Source: Arenicellales bacterium
GTDB taxonomy: Bacteria; Pseudomonadota; Gammaproteobacteria; Arenicellales; JAJDZL01
NCBI GenBank assembly: GCA_965203865.1
Contig: OZ241916.1
Coordinates: 458,353 to 522,352, forward strand
Length of the DNA: 64,000 nucleotides
Reading direction: 5' to 3'
Positions 1 to 8,717 of the stretch are shown piece by piece; the stretch's first letter is position 1, and each line of letters begins with the position of its first letter. A model generated the notes under the pieces. That model saw nothing but the letters and a program-made list of their open reading frames with translations, made no database searches and was not told the DNA's origin. The translations under genes were made by a program, and so were the position numbers.

Positions 1-1
1 G

Positions 2-3000
2 AAGGACGAACCGAACCGCGGGGCGACGGTGACAGCGACGGCGCAGAACAGCCAAGGCATCGGTGCGGTGACCGGTGCTTCGTTGACGCTGGAAGACGAC
101 GATGCGGTGCCGACGGTGACACTGACACTGGCGGACAATTCGATTTCGGAGAACGGCGGCACGACGACGGTGTCGGCGACATTGAGCCATGCGTCGAGCG
201 CTTCGACGACGATTACGGTGACGGCGGTTGCGGGTGCCTACACGGTGGGTGCGAGCAAGACTATTACGATTGCGGCGGGCGAAACGTCAAACAGCGGCGA
301 TACGGCGACGATCAACGCGGTGGACAACACCAGAGACGAAGCGAACCGCGGGGCGACGGTGACAGCGACGGCGCAGAACAGTCAGGGTATCGGTGCGGTA
401 ACCGGAGCTTCGCTGACGCTGGAAGACGACGATGCGGTGCCAACGGTATCGATTAACTCGCCGTCGGTGGCAGAGGGCGACAGCAGTACAGCAAGGTTGC
501 GGTTTGTAGTTTCGCTGAGTGCGGCGAGCGGCAGGACGGTGACAGTGAACTATGCTGAGGGTGCTGGCGGCACCGCAGACTCGGGAACGGACTACACAGC
601 GCTGTCGTCGGGGACTTTGACGTTCAGTGCGGGCGACACTAGCAAGAATATTGATATTTCAGTAGCCGGCGATACTCTGGACGAAGATGATGAAACAGTG
701 AAAGTGGCACTGAGCATTCCCGGCAATGCGACATTGGGTACTTCCACCGGTACTGGCACGATAACGGACGATGACGGTGCGCCGACAGTGACGCTGACAC
801 TGGCGAACAGCTCGATTTCGGAGAACGGCGGCACGACGACGGTTTCGGCGACCTTGAGCCATGCGTCGAGTGAGTCCACGACGATTACGGTGACAGCGGT
901 ATCGGGTGCCTACACGGTGGGAACGGACAAGACCATTACGATTGCGGCGGGCAGCACGACGAACAGTAGCGACACAGCGACAATCACCGCGGTGGACAAC
1001 GCGAGGGACGAGGCGAACCGCAGTGTGACGGTGACAGGTACGGCGCAGAACAGCCAGGGCATCGGTACAGTGACCGGAGCTTCGCTGACGCTGGAAGACG
1101 ACGATGCGGCGCCGACGGTGACGCTGTCGCTGGCGGACAGTTCGATTTCGGAGAACGGCGGCACGACGACGGTTTCGGCGACCTTGAGCCATGCGTCGAG
1201 TGAGTCCACGACGATTACGGTGACTGCGGTTTCAGGCGCCTACACGCTGGGAGCGGACAAGACCATCTTGATTGCGGCGGGCAGCACGTCGAACAGTAGC
1301 GATACGGCGACGATCAATGCGGTGAACAACGCGAAGGACGAGCCGAACCGCAGGGCAACGGTGACGGCGACGGCACAGAATAGCCAAGGCATCGGTGCTG
1401 TGACCGGTGCTTCGCTGACACTGGAGGACGACGATGCGGCGCCGACGGTGACGCTGACACTGGCGAACAATTCGATTTCGGAAAACGGCGGCACGACGAC
1501 GGTTTCGGCGACATTGAGCCATGCATCGAGTGAGTCCACGACAATTACCGTAACGGCGGTATCGGGTTTCTACACAGTGGGATCGGATGCGACAATTTCG
1601 ATAGCGGCAGGTAGCACATCGAGCAGTAGCAATACGGCGACGGTCAATGCGGTGAACAACGCGAAGGACGAGCCGAACCGCAGGACGACGGTGACAGGTA
1701 CGGCGCAGAACACTCAGGGCGTGGGAGCAGTGACCGGTGCGACATTGACGCTGGAGGACGATGAGGGGGCACCGACAGTTACGCTGTCGCTGACGAACAG
1801 TTCGATTTCGGAAAACGGTGGCTCGACGACGGTGACGGCGACCTTGAGCCATGCGTCAAGCGCGACCACGACGGTCACAGTGACGGCGAGTGCTAATGCT
1901 CCCGCCGTTGCGGCCGACTTCACGCAAAGCGGGACAACGTTGACGTTCGCAGCGGGGACGACCACAAGCACGGGCACAGTAAAGATTACAGCGGTAGACA
2001 ACTACATAGCTACGGCGAACAAGACATTGACAGTGTCGGGTTCAGCAACGAATTCCGTGGGCGCAACCAGTCCGTCGAACGTGTTGCTAACAATTGAGGA
2101 TGACGATACTGTCGGGCGAGAAGTGCTGAATCGCGAGGTCACTGAAGGAACGCCGACGGTTACGCTGTCGCTGGCAGACAGTTCGATTTCGGAGAACGGC
2201 GGCACGACGACAGTGACGGCGACACTAAGCCAGGCATCAAGCGCGGATACGACAATTACGGTAACTGCGGTATCGGGTTCCTACACGGTGGGTGAGGATG
2301 CGACCATCTCAATTGCGGCGGGCAGCACAACGAATAGCTCCGACACGGCGACAATCAATGCTGTGGACAACACGAAGGATGAACCGGACCGGACGGCGAC
2401 GGTGACGGCCACGGCGCAGAACACTCAAGGCGTGGGTGCGGTAACCGGGGTGACATTGACGCTGGAAGACGACGACGGAGCGCCGACGGTGACGTTGACG
2501 CTGGCGGACAGTTCGATTTCGGAGAACGGTGGGACCACGACAGTGACGGCGACATTGAGCCATGCGTCGAGTGCGGCCACAACAATTACGGTAACTGCGG
2601 TATCGGGTTCCTACACGGTGGGTGAGGATGCGACCATCTTGATTGCGGCGGGCAGCACGTCGAACAGCTCTGACACGGCGACGATTGCTGCGGCAGACAA
2701 CTTGAAGGACGAGCCGAACCGTACTGCGACGGTGGTAGCGACAGCACAGAACACTCAGGGCATCGGTGCGGTGACCGGGGCGACGCTGACGCTGGAGGAC
2801 GACGACGGGGCACCAACGGTGACACTGTTGCTGGCGGACAATTCGATCTCTGAGAATGGCGGCTTGACGACGGTGACCGCGACGCTGAATCATGCGTCAA
2901 GCGCAACCACGACGGTCACTGTTTCGGTGAGTGAGAATGCTCCTGCGGTTGCAGGCGATTTCACACAAAACGGCGAAACGCTGACGATCGCAGCTGGTTC

Positions 3001-3150
3001 GACGACCAGCACCGGCACAGTAACGATTACGGCGGTAAACAACAGTGTAGAGGCGGCGAACAAGACATTGACAGTGTCGGGTTCGGCAACGAATTCCGTG
3101 GGCGCAACCAATCCGTCGGACGTGTTGCTGACAATTGAAGACGACGATGC
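2..3150 (+). repeat. Tandem array of ~330-bp (110-codon) coding repeats, interrupted by one Calx-beta-like module at ~440-775
   Basis: The repeat period is read directly from the sequence. nt 812-894 and 1142-1224 are an identical 83-nt block at an exact 330-nt offset. nt 29-110 versus 359-440 are also near-identical. Confidence 0.9.
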
Positions 3151-6100
3151 TTCGGACACATCGTCGCCGGCCGATAAAACGGCACTGACAGTGTCGCTCG
3201 GGGCAGCTTCGGTGACCGAAGGCGACAGTAGTTTTACATCTGTAGCAATGCGGTTTCTAGTGTCACTCAGCAGGACGAGTGAGAAGCAGGTGCAGGTGTC
3301 TTATGCGGATGCAGGCACAGGCACAGCGACTTCCGGAACGGACTACGGTACACTGGAATCGGGCAGGCTGACGTTCGCACCAGGTGAAACGAGCAAGTAT
3401 ATTTATATATATATCAAAGGCGATACGCTGGACGAGCCGGCAGAGACTATCGTTGTAAAGTTGAGCAGTCCGACGAATGCGACGATCTCTACAGCAACAA
3501 ATACTGGCACTATCAACGACAACGATGCGACTCCCACACTTTCAATAAATTCGCCAAGTGTTGTTGAGGGAAATAGTGGTTCAGCTACATTGCAGTTCAA
3601 GGTGAAACTGAGTGTACCAAGCGGCCGACAGGTAACCGCAAGCTTTGCAGACAGCGGGACTGGTTCAGCAACTTCCGGAACGGACTACGACACACTAGAA
3701 TCGGGCACGCTGACATTCGCACCGGGCGAAACGAGCAAGACAATTGATATCTCGGTTGTCGGCGATGTTGTGAATGAAACAGATGAGACGATGGTTGTGA
3801 AACTCAGTTCACCAACCAATGCAAATATTTCGACAGGCACCGGTACAGGCACGATAACGGACGATGATGGTTCTCCGAGCTTGTCAATTTCTTCCCCGTC
3901 TGTAACTGAAGGTGAGGCAGGCGGGACTGCAACTTTAGAATTCCAGGTGTCGCTGAATCCGGCAAGCGCGCAACAAGTTACTGTGGGATATGCAGATGCA
4001 GGCACTGGAACGGCAGTTTCCGGAACGGACTATGCAGTAGTATCATCAGGCACTCTCACATTTTCCGCGGGTCAGACGAGCAAAACGATTAGCGTGACCG
4101 TAAATGGCGATGTGCTGGATGAGCCAGACGAGACCGTATTGATAGCCCTGAGCAATTCAACCAATGCAAGTATCTCGACGGGCACCGGTACAGGCACGAT
4201 AACGGACGATGATGTTCCCTCTTTGTCAATTTCTTCATCCAGTGTCGCGGAGGGGGATAGCGGAGAGACGACCGCTCTCGCCATTACGGTTAGTCTATCT
4301 GCCTCTAGCTGGCAAGCTGTTTCTGTAGAATTCGCAGACATGCCAACTGCTGGTACAGCAACATCGGGGACGGACTATTCGAGGATAAATGCGGGCACCT
4401 TGACATTTGCGGCAGGCGAGACGACGAAGACAATTGAAGTTTCAGTTATTGGAGATAGCGAATTCGAGCCAGATGAAACGATTTCTGTAGCCTTGAGCGA
4501 TGCAGATAATGCGGCAATACTTACGTCTGTTGGAATTGGAACGATTAAAAACGACGATTCTGGCGAGGGCGCAGCTATAGCTACGGAAGAAATAATGCTC
4601 AATGCAGAATTAAGCAATTTAATTCTTTCAGAAGGAACGCTGGCCCCCGCATTCTTGGGATCCAATTTGAATTATCAGGTGCTTGTCGAACACAGTGTCG
4701 AAAATGTAACAGTAACTCCTATAGCGGCAGATCCCGATAATGCAGTAATCACAGTAGGGGAAGAAGTAGTGTTAAGTGGGAGTGAAAGCGGTCTAATTCA
4801 GTTGCAGGAAGGAAATGCGAGAATGATAAACATCGTAGTGACTGCGAGCAAGAATGGCCGTGAGGAAATGATGACATATACGGTAAAAATAACCAGGAGA
4901 TCGTTAGCACTAGAGTTACAGGTTGCACATCAAGATACCAACAGCGTAATTCTATCGGAACTTTCGCGGGCGGTGACCCAAAGTACAGTCGAAGCAGTAA
5001 CGGACCGAATCGGTCATGCACAGTCAGGGTCAGAAGTAAGTAAGTCCAGCCTTGCTAATCGATTATCCTTGCTGGACGCACTGAAAGCCAATGAAGAAAA
5101 TTTGAACAGTGAAGACTTTTCATTGAATGAAGCACTGCATCATGCTTCATTTATATACTCGCCCGGGACGAGAGAGTCAGGTGTTGATGGTTTCCATACT
5201 GGAGGAACAGGCGGAGGAGATATTGGAGCAGACACTCTGACAATTTGGGGAACAAGCGACTACCAAAGTCTGAAAGGCGGCAACAACAGTTTGGCTGATT
5301 GGGAAGGAAATCTGTTTTCGATGCATCTCGGAATTGATGCGAAATATTCTGCCGGGGTTTTATACGGTGTAGTATTTTCATGGTCGAAGGGTTCAGCTGA
5401 CTACACTGGCCGGGATAATAATTTGACGGGCAAGCTCAAACTTCAAATGGGAGGGGTGCATCCCTACGCAAGCTGGGAAATTTCTGACGATGCGAGCGTT
5501 TGGGCTTTAGCCGGTTATCGAAAAGGAAAAGTTTCAGTCAACGCCGATTTTAGTGGTAGCCGAGAGAGTGCAGGTCAGCACATCATGGTTGCCAGTGGGG
5601 GGAAATACAAGCTTTATTCGTCCAGTGAGCGAGGTGAAACCGAATTGGGAGTCAACATTAAGGGAGAGATTTGGGGGTCACAGCTGAAGGTCAATGACAA
5701 TAATATTTTAGATGCAAACATAGATACGTACGGAACAAGAATTTCCCTGGAAAGTGTTTTCTCTCGTAAACTGTCTTCGGATGCAGTGCTTGCCCCATCA
5801 TTGGAGCTCGGGCTACGATGGGATGGCGGCCATGGAGAAACTGGTATGGGTATTGAATTGGGCGGTGCATTGGGATATGAAAACCCAAGTGCCGGGATTT
5901 CAGTGAAATCATCGGCCCGCACTTTGGTTCATCACGATAGTGGCAAAAAAGACTGGGGCATAGGCTTGTCAGTTGAGCGTACGCCAAGTACCGATGAATT
6001 GGGACTATCATACAACTTTGAATGGGCGCACGGTGACACGAGCAGTCGAAGCAGTTCTCTTTGGGACAACGGTGTATCGGGTGGCATCAGCGAAAGCAGC

Positions 6101-6328
6101 CTGGCTGCAAGTACCGAAATGGAAGTTGGCTATGGGATGTCAATATCCAATGGTGTAGTTTTAACTCCTTATGCTGGAGTAAATTGGTCAAGCAGTGAAG
6201 TCTCTTACCGTCTCGGCGGCCGCTTTTCAACTGCTTCTGATATGAAGATTAGTCTGGAAAACGAACTTAAGGAGAGCAAGGATAGTAGAGACCACAGAAT
6301 AATGCTAAAGTTTGAAACTCCCTTGTAA
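2..6328 (+). CDS. Giant repeat-rich surface protein/adhesin, 5'-truncated by the window edge; tandem SISENGG-type modules, Calx-beta-like modules, cadherin-like beta-sandwich, C-terminal autotransporter-type beta-barrel
   Basis: Frame 2 is open from nt 2 and reads KDEPNRGATVTATAQNS, which is the tail of the internal repeat. The gene therefore starts upstream, and the GTG at 29 in the ORF track is not the true start. There are 8 copies of a ~110-aa module (PTVTL.LA.SSISENGGTTTV.ATLSHASS..TTITVTAV.G.YTVG..). There are 5 modules with the Calx-beta signature (SGTDY..L.SGTLTF..GET.K.I...V.GD...E.DET). A segment LSNLILSEGTLAPAF..NYQVLVEHSVENVTVTPIAADPDNAVITV resembles the cadherin-like beta-sandwich. 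The last ~360 aa show amphipathic beta-strand periodicity. Confidence 0.85.
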   Translation, partial: KDEPNRGATVTATAQNSQGIGAVTGASLTLEDDDAVPTVTLTLADNSISENGGTTTVSATLSHASSASTTITVTAVAGAYTVGASKTITIAAGETSNSGDTATINAVDNTRDEANRGATVTATAQNSQGIGAVTGASLTLEDDDAVPTVSINSPSVAEGDSSTARLRFVVSLSAASGRTVTVNYAEGAGGTADSGTDYTALSSGTLTFSAGDTSKNIDISVAGDTLDEDDETVKVALSIPGNATLGTSTGTGTITDDDGAPTVTLTLANSSISENGGTTTVSATLSHASSESTTITVTAVSGAYTVGTDKTITIAAGSTTNSSDTATITAVDNARDEANRSVTVTGTAQNSQGIGTVTGASLTLEDDDAAPTVTLSLADSSISENGGTTTVSATLSHASSESTTITVTAVSGAYTLGADKTILIAAGSTSNSSDTATINAVNNAKDEPNRRATVTATAQNSQGIGAVTGASLTLEDDDAAPTVTLTLANNSISENGGTTTVSATLSHASSESTTITVTAVSGFYTVGSDATISIAAGSTSSSSNTATVNAVNNAKDEPNRRTTVTGTAQNTQGVGAVTGATLTLEDDEGAPTVTLSLTNSSISENGGSTTVTATLSHASSATTTVTVTASANAPAVAADFTQSGTTLTFAAGTTTSTGTVKITAVDNYIATANKTLTVSGSATNSVGATSPSNVLLTIEDDDTVGREVLNREVTEGTPTVTLSLADSSISENGGTTTVTATLSQASSADTTITVTAVSGSYTVGEDATISIAAGSTTNSSDTATINAVDNTKDEPDRTATVTATAQNTQGVGAVTGVTLTLEDDDGAPTVTLTLADSSISENGGTTTVTATLSHASSAATTITVTAVSGSYTVGEDATILIAAGSTSNSSDTATIAAADNLKDEPNRTATVVATAQNTQGIGAVTGATLTLEDDDGAPTVTLLLADNSISENGGLTTVTATLNHASSATTTVTVSVSENAPAVAGDFTQNGETLTIAAGSTTSTGTVTITAVNNSVEAANKTLTVSGSATNSVGATNPSDVLLTIEDDDASDTSSPADKTALTVSLGAASVTEGDSSFTSVAMRFLVSLSRTSEKQVQVSYADAGTGTATSGTDYGTLESGRLTFAPGETSKYIYIYIKGDTLDEPAETIVVKLSSPTNATISTATNTGTINDNDATPTLSINSPSVVEGNSGSATLQFKVKLSVPSGRQVTASFADSGTGSATSGTDYDTLESGTLTFAPGETSKTIDISVVGDVVNETDETMVVKLSSPTNANISTGTGTGTITDDDGSPSLSISSPSVTEGEAGGTATLEFQVSLNPASAQQVTVGYADAGTGTAVSGTDYAVVSSGTLTFSAGQTSKTISVTVNGDVLDEPDETVLIALSNSTNASISTGTGTGTITDDDVPSLSISSSSVAEGDSGETTALAITVSLSASSWQAVSVEFADMPTAGTATSGTDYSRINAGTLTFAAGETTKTIEVSVIGDSEFEPDETISVALSDADNAAILTSVGIGTIKNDDSGEGAAIATEEIMLNAELSNLILSEGTLAPAFLGSNLNYQVLVEHSVENVTVTPIAADPDNAVITVGEEVVLSGSESGLIQLQEGNARMINIVVTASKNGREEMMTYTVKITRRSLALELQVAHQDTNSVILSELSRAVTQSTVEAVTDRIGHAQSGSEVSKSSLANRLSLLDALKANEENLNSEDFSLNEALHHASFIYSPGTRESGVDGFHTGGTGGGDIGADTLTIWGTSDYQSLKGGNNSLADWEGNLFSMHLGIDAKYSAGVLYGVVFSWSKGSADYTGRDNNLTGKLKLQMGGVHPYASWEISDDASVWALAGYRKGKVSVNADFSGSRESAGQHIMVASGGKYKLYSSSERGETELGVNIKGEIWGSQLKVNDNNILDANIDTYGTRISLESVFSRKLSSDAVLAPSLELGLRWDGGHGETGMGIELGGALGYENPSAGISVKSSARTLVHHDSGKKDWGIGLSVERTPSTDELGLSYNFEWAHGDTSSRSSSLWDNGVSGGISESSLAASTEMEVGYGMSISNGVVLTPYAGVNWSSSEVSYRLGGRFSTASDMKISLENELKESKDSRDHRIMLKFETPL
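5231..6325 (+). other. Autotransporter-type outer-membrane beta-barrel domain of the giant protein
   Basis: TIWGTSDYQSLKGG...LFSMHLGIDAKYSAGVLYGVVFSWSKGSADY...GVHPYASWEISDDASVWALAGYRKG... shows alternating aromatic/small residues typical of autotransporter translocator domains. The protein ends ...RIMLKFETPL, which lacks the usual terminal F/W. Confidence 0.6.
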
Positions 6329-6827
6329 ATCTGAAAAATAGTACCAGTCATTCTGGTGCCGGTTTTGAAAGATTCCGATTGGAAATCAACTCCTGATTAT
6401 TAAATCCAGAAGAAATCTTGAGCGTAAGGCAGACAAATTAAAATTACAAAAGCATTTGCAAATGGTGCAATGCTGCTTATATGCCTGCTTGATAAAGTTA
6501 GACAATATCGCTGACAATAGTGCCAGCGATACTTCCCAGTTGCTCCTATTGTCAGAATACGAAAGGTTGCTGAAGAACAATCCGACTGGAAAAGCAGTTA
6601 ATATAGCCAAATCATCAAAAGCCAAGGCGTAACAGGAATAGCAGATAAGCTCTGATACTGTGTGAAGAATATTAGAATCTGTCAGCGAAACTGGCAGCAT
6701 GCCGATTTGTACCATGAAACGGGACTTGAAAAAGATGATTTTAATTGAAAGGAATTTTTTGGGAAGAGCAAAAATGCGAGGCCTTGGAATCAGCAGTAAA
6801 GCTCGTATGGCGGACAATTAACCGGTT

Positions 6828-7244
6828 ATGCCAAGAAAAAATAAAGATGAACGTTGGAAACAGCGTTTAGGCAGTTTTAGAAATGCATTGCTTCAATTGG
6901 AAGATGCCTGTGACCAAGACGAATATTCCAATCTTGAAATAGCTGGATTGGCGAGCATTTTTTCTTTTACTTTTGAACAAGGTTGGAAAGCATTAAAACA
7001 TGTGCTTTCAATTGAGGGATTTGTGGTCAAGTCACCACGAGAGTCAATGCGCAGAGGATTTGAAGCACAGTATCTAGACGAGGGCAATTGTGAAATACTG
7101 CTTGATGCTTTTGGAAAGCAAAATACTATGAGTCACATGTATGATGCAGTGCAAGCTGCGAAGATGGAAAAAGCGGTTAAGGAATGCTACCTTCCAGTCC
7201 TTCAAGATTTACTGAGTGCACTTGAACAGCATGACAAGTATTGA
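6828..7244 (+). CDS. HEPN-domain protein, HI0074-type nucleotidyltransferase substrate-binding subunit (HepT-like toxin component)
   Basis: 138 aa. The N-terminus (W.QRL.SF.NAL..LE) and C-terminal QNTMSHMYD region resemble the HI0074 / NTase_sub_bind family as I remember it. It is directly coupled to an MNT gene by a 14-nt overlap. Confidence 0.7.
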   Translation: MPRKNKDERWKQRLGSFRNALLQLEDACDQDEYSNLEIAGLASIFSFTFEQGWKALKHVLSIEGFVVKSPRESMRRGFEAQYLDEGNCEILLDAFGKQNTMSHMYDAVQAAKMEKAVKECYLPVLQDLLSALEQHDKY

Positions 7245-7545
7245 CGACGGTCTGAAAGAAAGATACAGGGAAGCAATTCTTAAAGTGTTGTCGTCCAACG
7301 AAAGGGTGGAGCGGGCAGTGCTTTTTGGTTCGCGGGCCATGGGTACATTTACAACGACTTCCGATATAGATATTGCGCTTTATGGAGACAAACTTACATT
7401 TTCGGACTATACACGGCTCGCTACTGAAATGGAGTATTTAACTGTACCTCAAAGGGTGGACTTGCTTTTGTACAAGAATCTGAAAAATGACGCAGTACGA
7501 GACCATGTGGACAAGCATGGAATCGAGTGGTACTGCCGCCAATAA
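7231..7545 (+). CDS. Minimal nucleotidyltransferase (MNT; MntA-like antitoxin component)
   Basis: Carries the pol-beta NTase motif LFGSRAMGTFTTTSDIDIAL (GS-x10-DxD). The ORF track starts at GTG 7216. The ATG at 7231 (MTSIDDGLKERY) overlaps the upstream stop in ATGACAAGTATTGA. Confidence 0.8.
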   Translation: MTSIDDGLKERYREAILKVLSSNERVERAVLFGSRAMGTFTTTSDIDIALYGDKLTFSDYTRLATEMEYLTVPQRVDLLLYKNLKNDAVRDHVDKHGIEWYCRQ

Positions 7546-7993
7546 ATTACTTCAACAATAAAGGCGTATCAAACTGAGTGAATAAACCAGAATTTATTTT
7601 CATGAGGATTTGTGGAGAGGTTTAATCGGACTGACTATAGAGTCACCGGTTAAATAAGGAAAAATCAAAGCGGTGATAAAGGTATTTGGAGGGTAAATTA
7701 CACCGACAAGAGAAATTTGAAAGTAACTCTACAGGTTGGTGTACTTGGCTAATAGCCTAGTATCAGATGCTCTGTGACCAGCCATTCAAAATTCCGAAAA
7801 CAATCCTGAAATATTCAACTATTCCTTTCCTGCTTCTCAAAATAATCAGTGAGCACTTGTATTAGGTCTAGTTCGTGAACATGAATTCTGGGCTAAATTC
7901 CCAAAATGAATACTTATCAATTCGTGCCTCACCTCTCTAAAATCCCTTATGAAGCAAGAAAAGGGTTAGCAAAGAAAAAACTGAAATTGTTAC

Positions 7994-8026
7994 TTGACAT
8001 AAGGGGGGGGGGGTGATTGTTATCAT
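7994..8026 (+). promoter_or_regulatory. Candidate sigma70 promoter with a G11 tract in its spacer
   Basis: TTGACA (7994-7999) is followed by a 21-nt spacer containing G11, then TGtTATCAT (extended -10; hexamer 8021-8026). An alternative -10, TGTTAT (8018-8023), gives an 18-nt spacer. Confidence 0.4.
8003..8013 (+). repeat. Homopolymeric G11 tract
   Basis: Counted directly: aa-ggggggggggg-tgattg. It is the longest homopolymer I noticed in the window. Confidence 0.95.
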
Positions 8027-8132
8027 GCGATTTTAACTTAAATTACTTGGATTAAGATTGTCTTTTGAAGTTAGTTTTCATTCGTCAATTTTAATTCCCG
8101 GCAGGAGCAAAATTGTGTGGAGACAAAAAGAA

Positions 8133-8618
8133 ATGAATGAAAAAAGAAAGGAAGGTGGGAGGACCGGAAAGAGAAAGTGGGGAAAATGGAGGATTGTTTC
8201 AACCATTTTTGGTGTACCTATTGCTTTGTACATGGGTTATTCGGCTCTGATTTCAGTCAATGACAAAGACAACGATGAGTTCATTTTCACCGAGATGGAT
8301 AAGCATGTGGTGAACAATTGCCGAGATGAACTCATATATCTGGCTTATCGGGAAGGGGATATGAGATCCATTAATCTGCTAGAAGAAGTCTTGACGAGTT
8401 ACTTGGACCGTGACCCTTCAGGAAAGCTGAATAAGCGGGACTTATTAGAAGACATGAAAACTTATTTGCATCAGAATAATTCTGAGAAGCTAGATGAGTT
8501 GAGAAGAAATTTCAAAAATAGTGACTGGGATGCTCGCAAGCAAATCTATGACGAGCTTAAAGTTAGGTGTATGGATTTTATATTGAAAGAAATGAGGACA
8601 CAGTCTGATATGAATTAA
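8133..8618 (+). CDS. Hypothetical single-pass membrane protein (basic N-terminus, one TM, helical acidic C-terminal domain)
   Basis: The ORF is open from 8058 (TTG). The ATG at 8133 (MNEKRKEGG) has GGAG about 12 nt upstream. The TM segment is WRIVSTIFGVPIALYMGYSALISV. I recognise no family. Confidence 0.45.
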   Translation: MNEKRKEGGRTGKRKWGKWRIVSTIFGVPIALYMGYSALISVNDKDNDEFIFTEMDKHVVNNCRDELIYLAYREGDMRSINLLEEVLTSYLDRDPSGKLNKRDLLEDMKTYLHQNNSEKLDELRRNFKNSDWDARKQIYDELKVRCMDFILKEMRTQSDMN

Positions 8619-8717
8619 TACAGGTTCTGCACAATTGAAATACAGAAGATGCGCTTTAGCGTTTAATTTAAAGGATTAGTCAAGATTGACAATAAATCAA
8701 AATTTACGAGACTAAAT

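Noticed and set aside
592-4665. Numerous 65-206-aa minus-strand and alternate-frame ORFs inside the giant repeat gene, for example the Arg-rich 659-1192, 1232-1852 and 2309-2893.
   Set aside because: These are shadow ORFs created by the GC-rich, stop-poor repeat DNA. Their products are low-complexity (R/C/H-rich), and they repeat with the same 330-bp period as the sense-strand modules.
6386-6817. 143-aa minus-strand ORF between the adhesin gene and the HEPN gene.
   Set aside because: I see no motif, it has a Cys/Phe/Ile-rich low-complexity composition, and its start abuts the HEPN start by 10 bp. It could be a small membrane protein, but I cannot support it.
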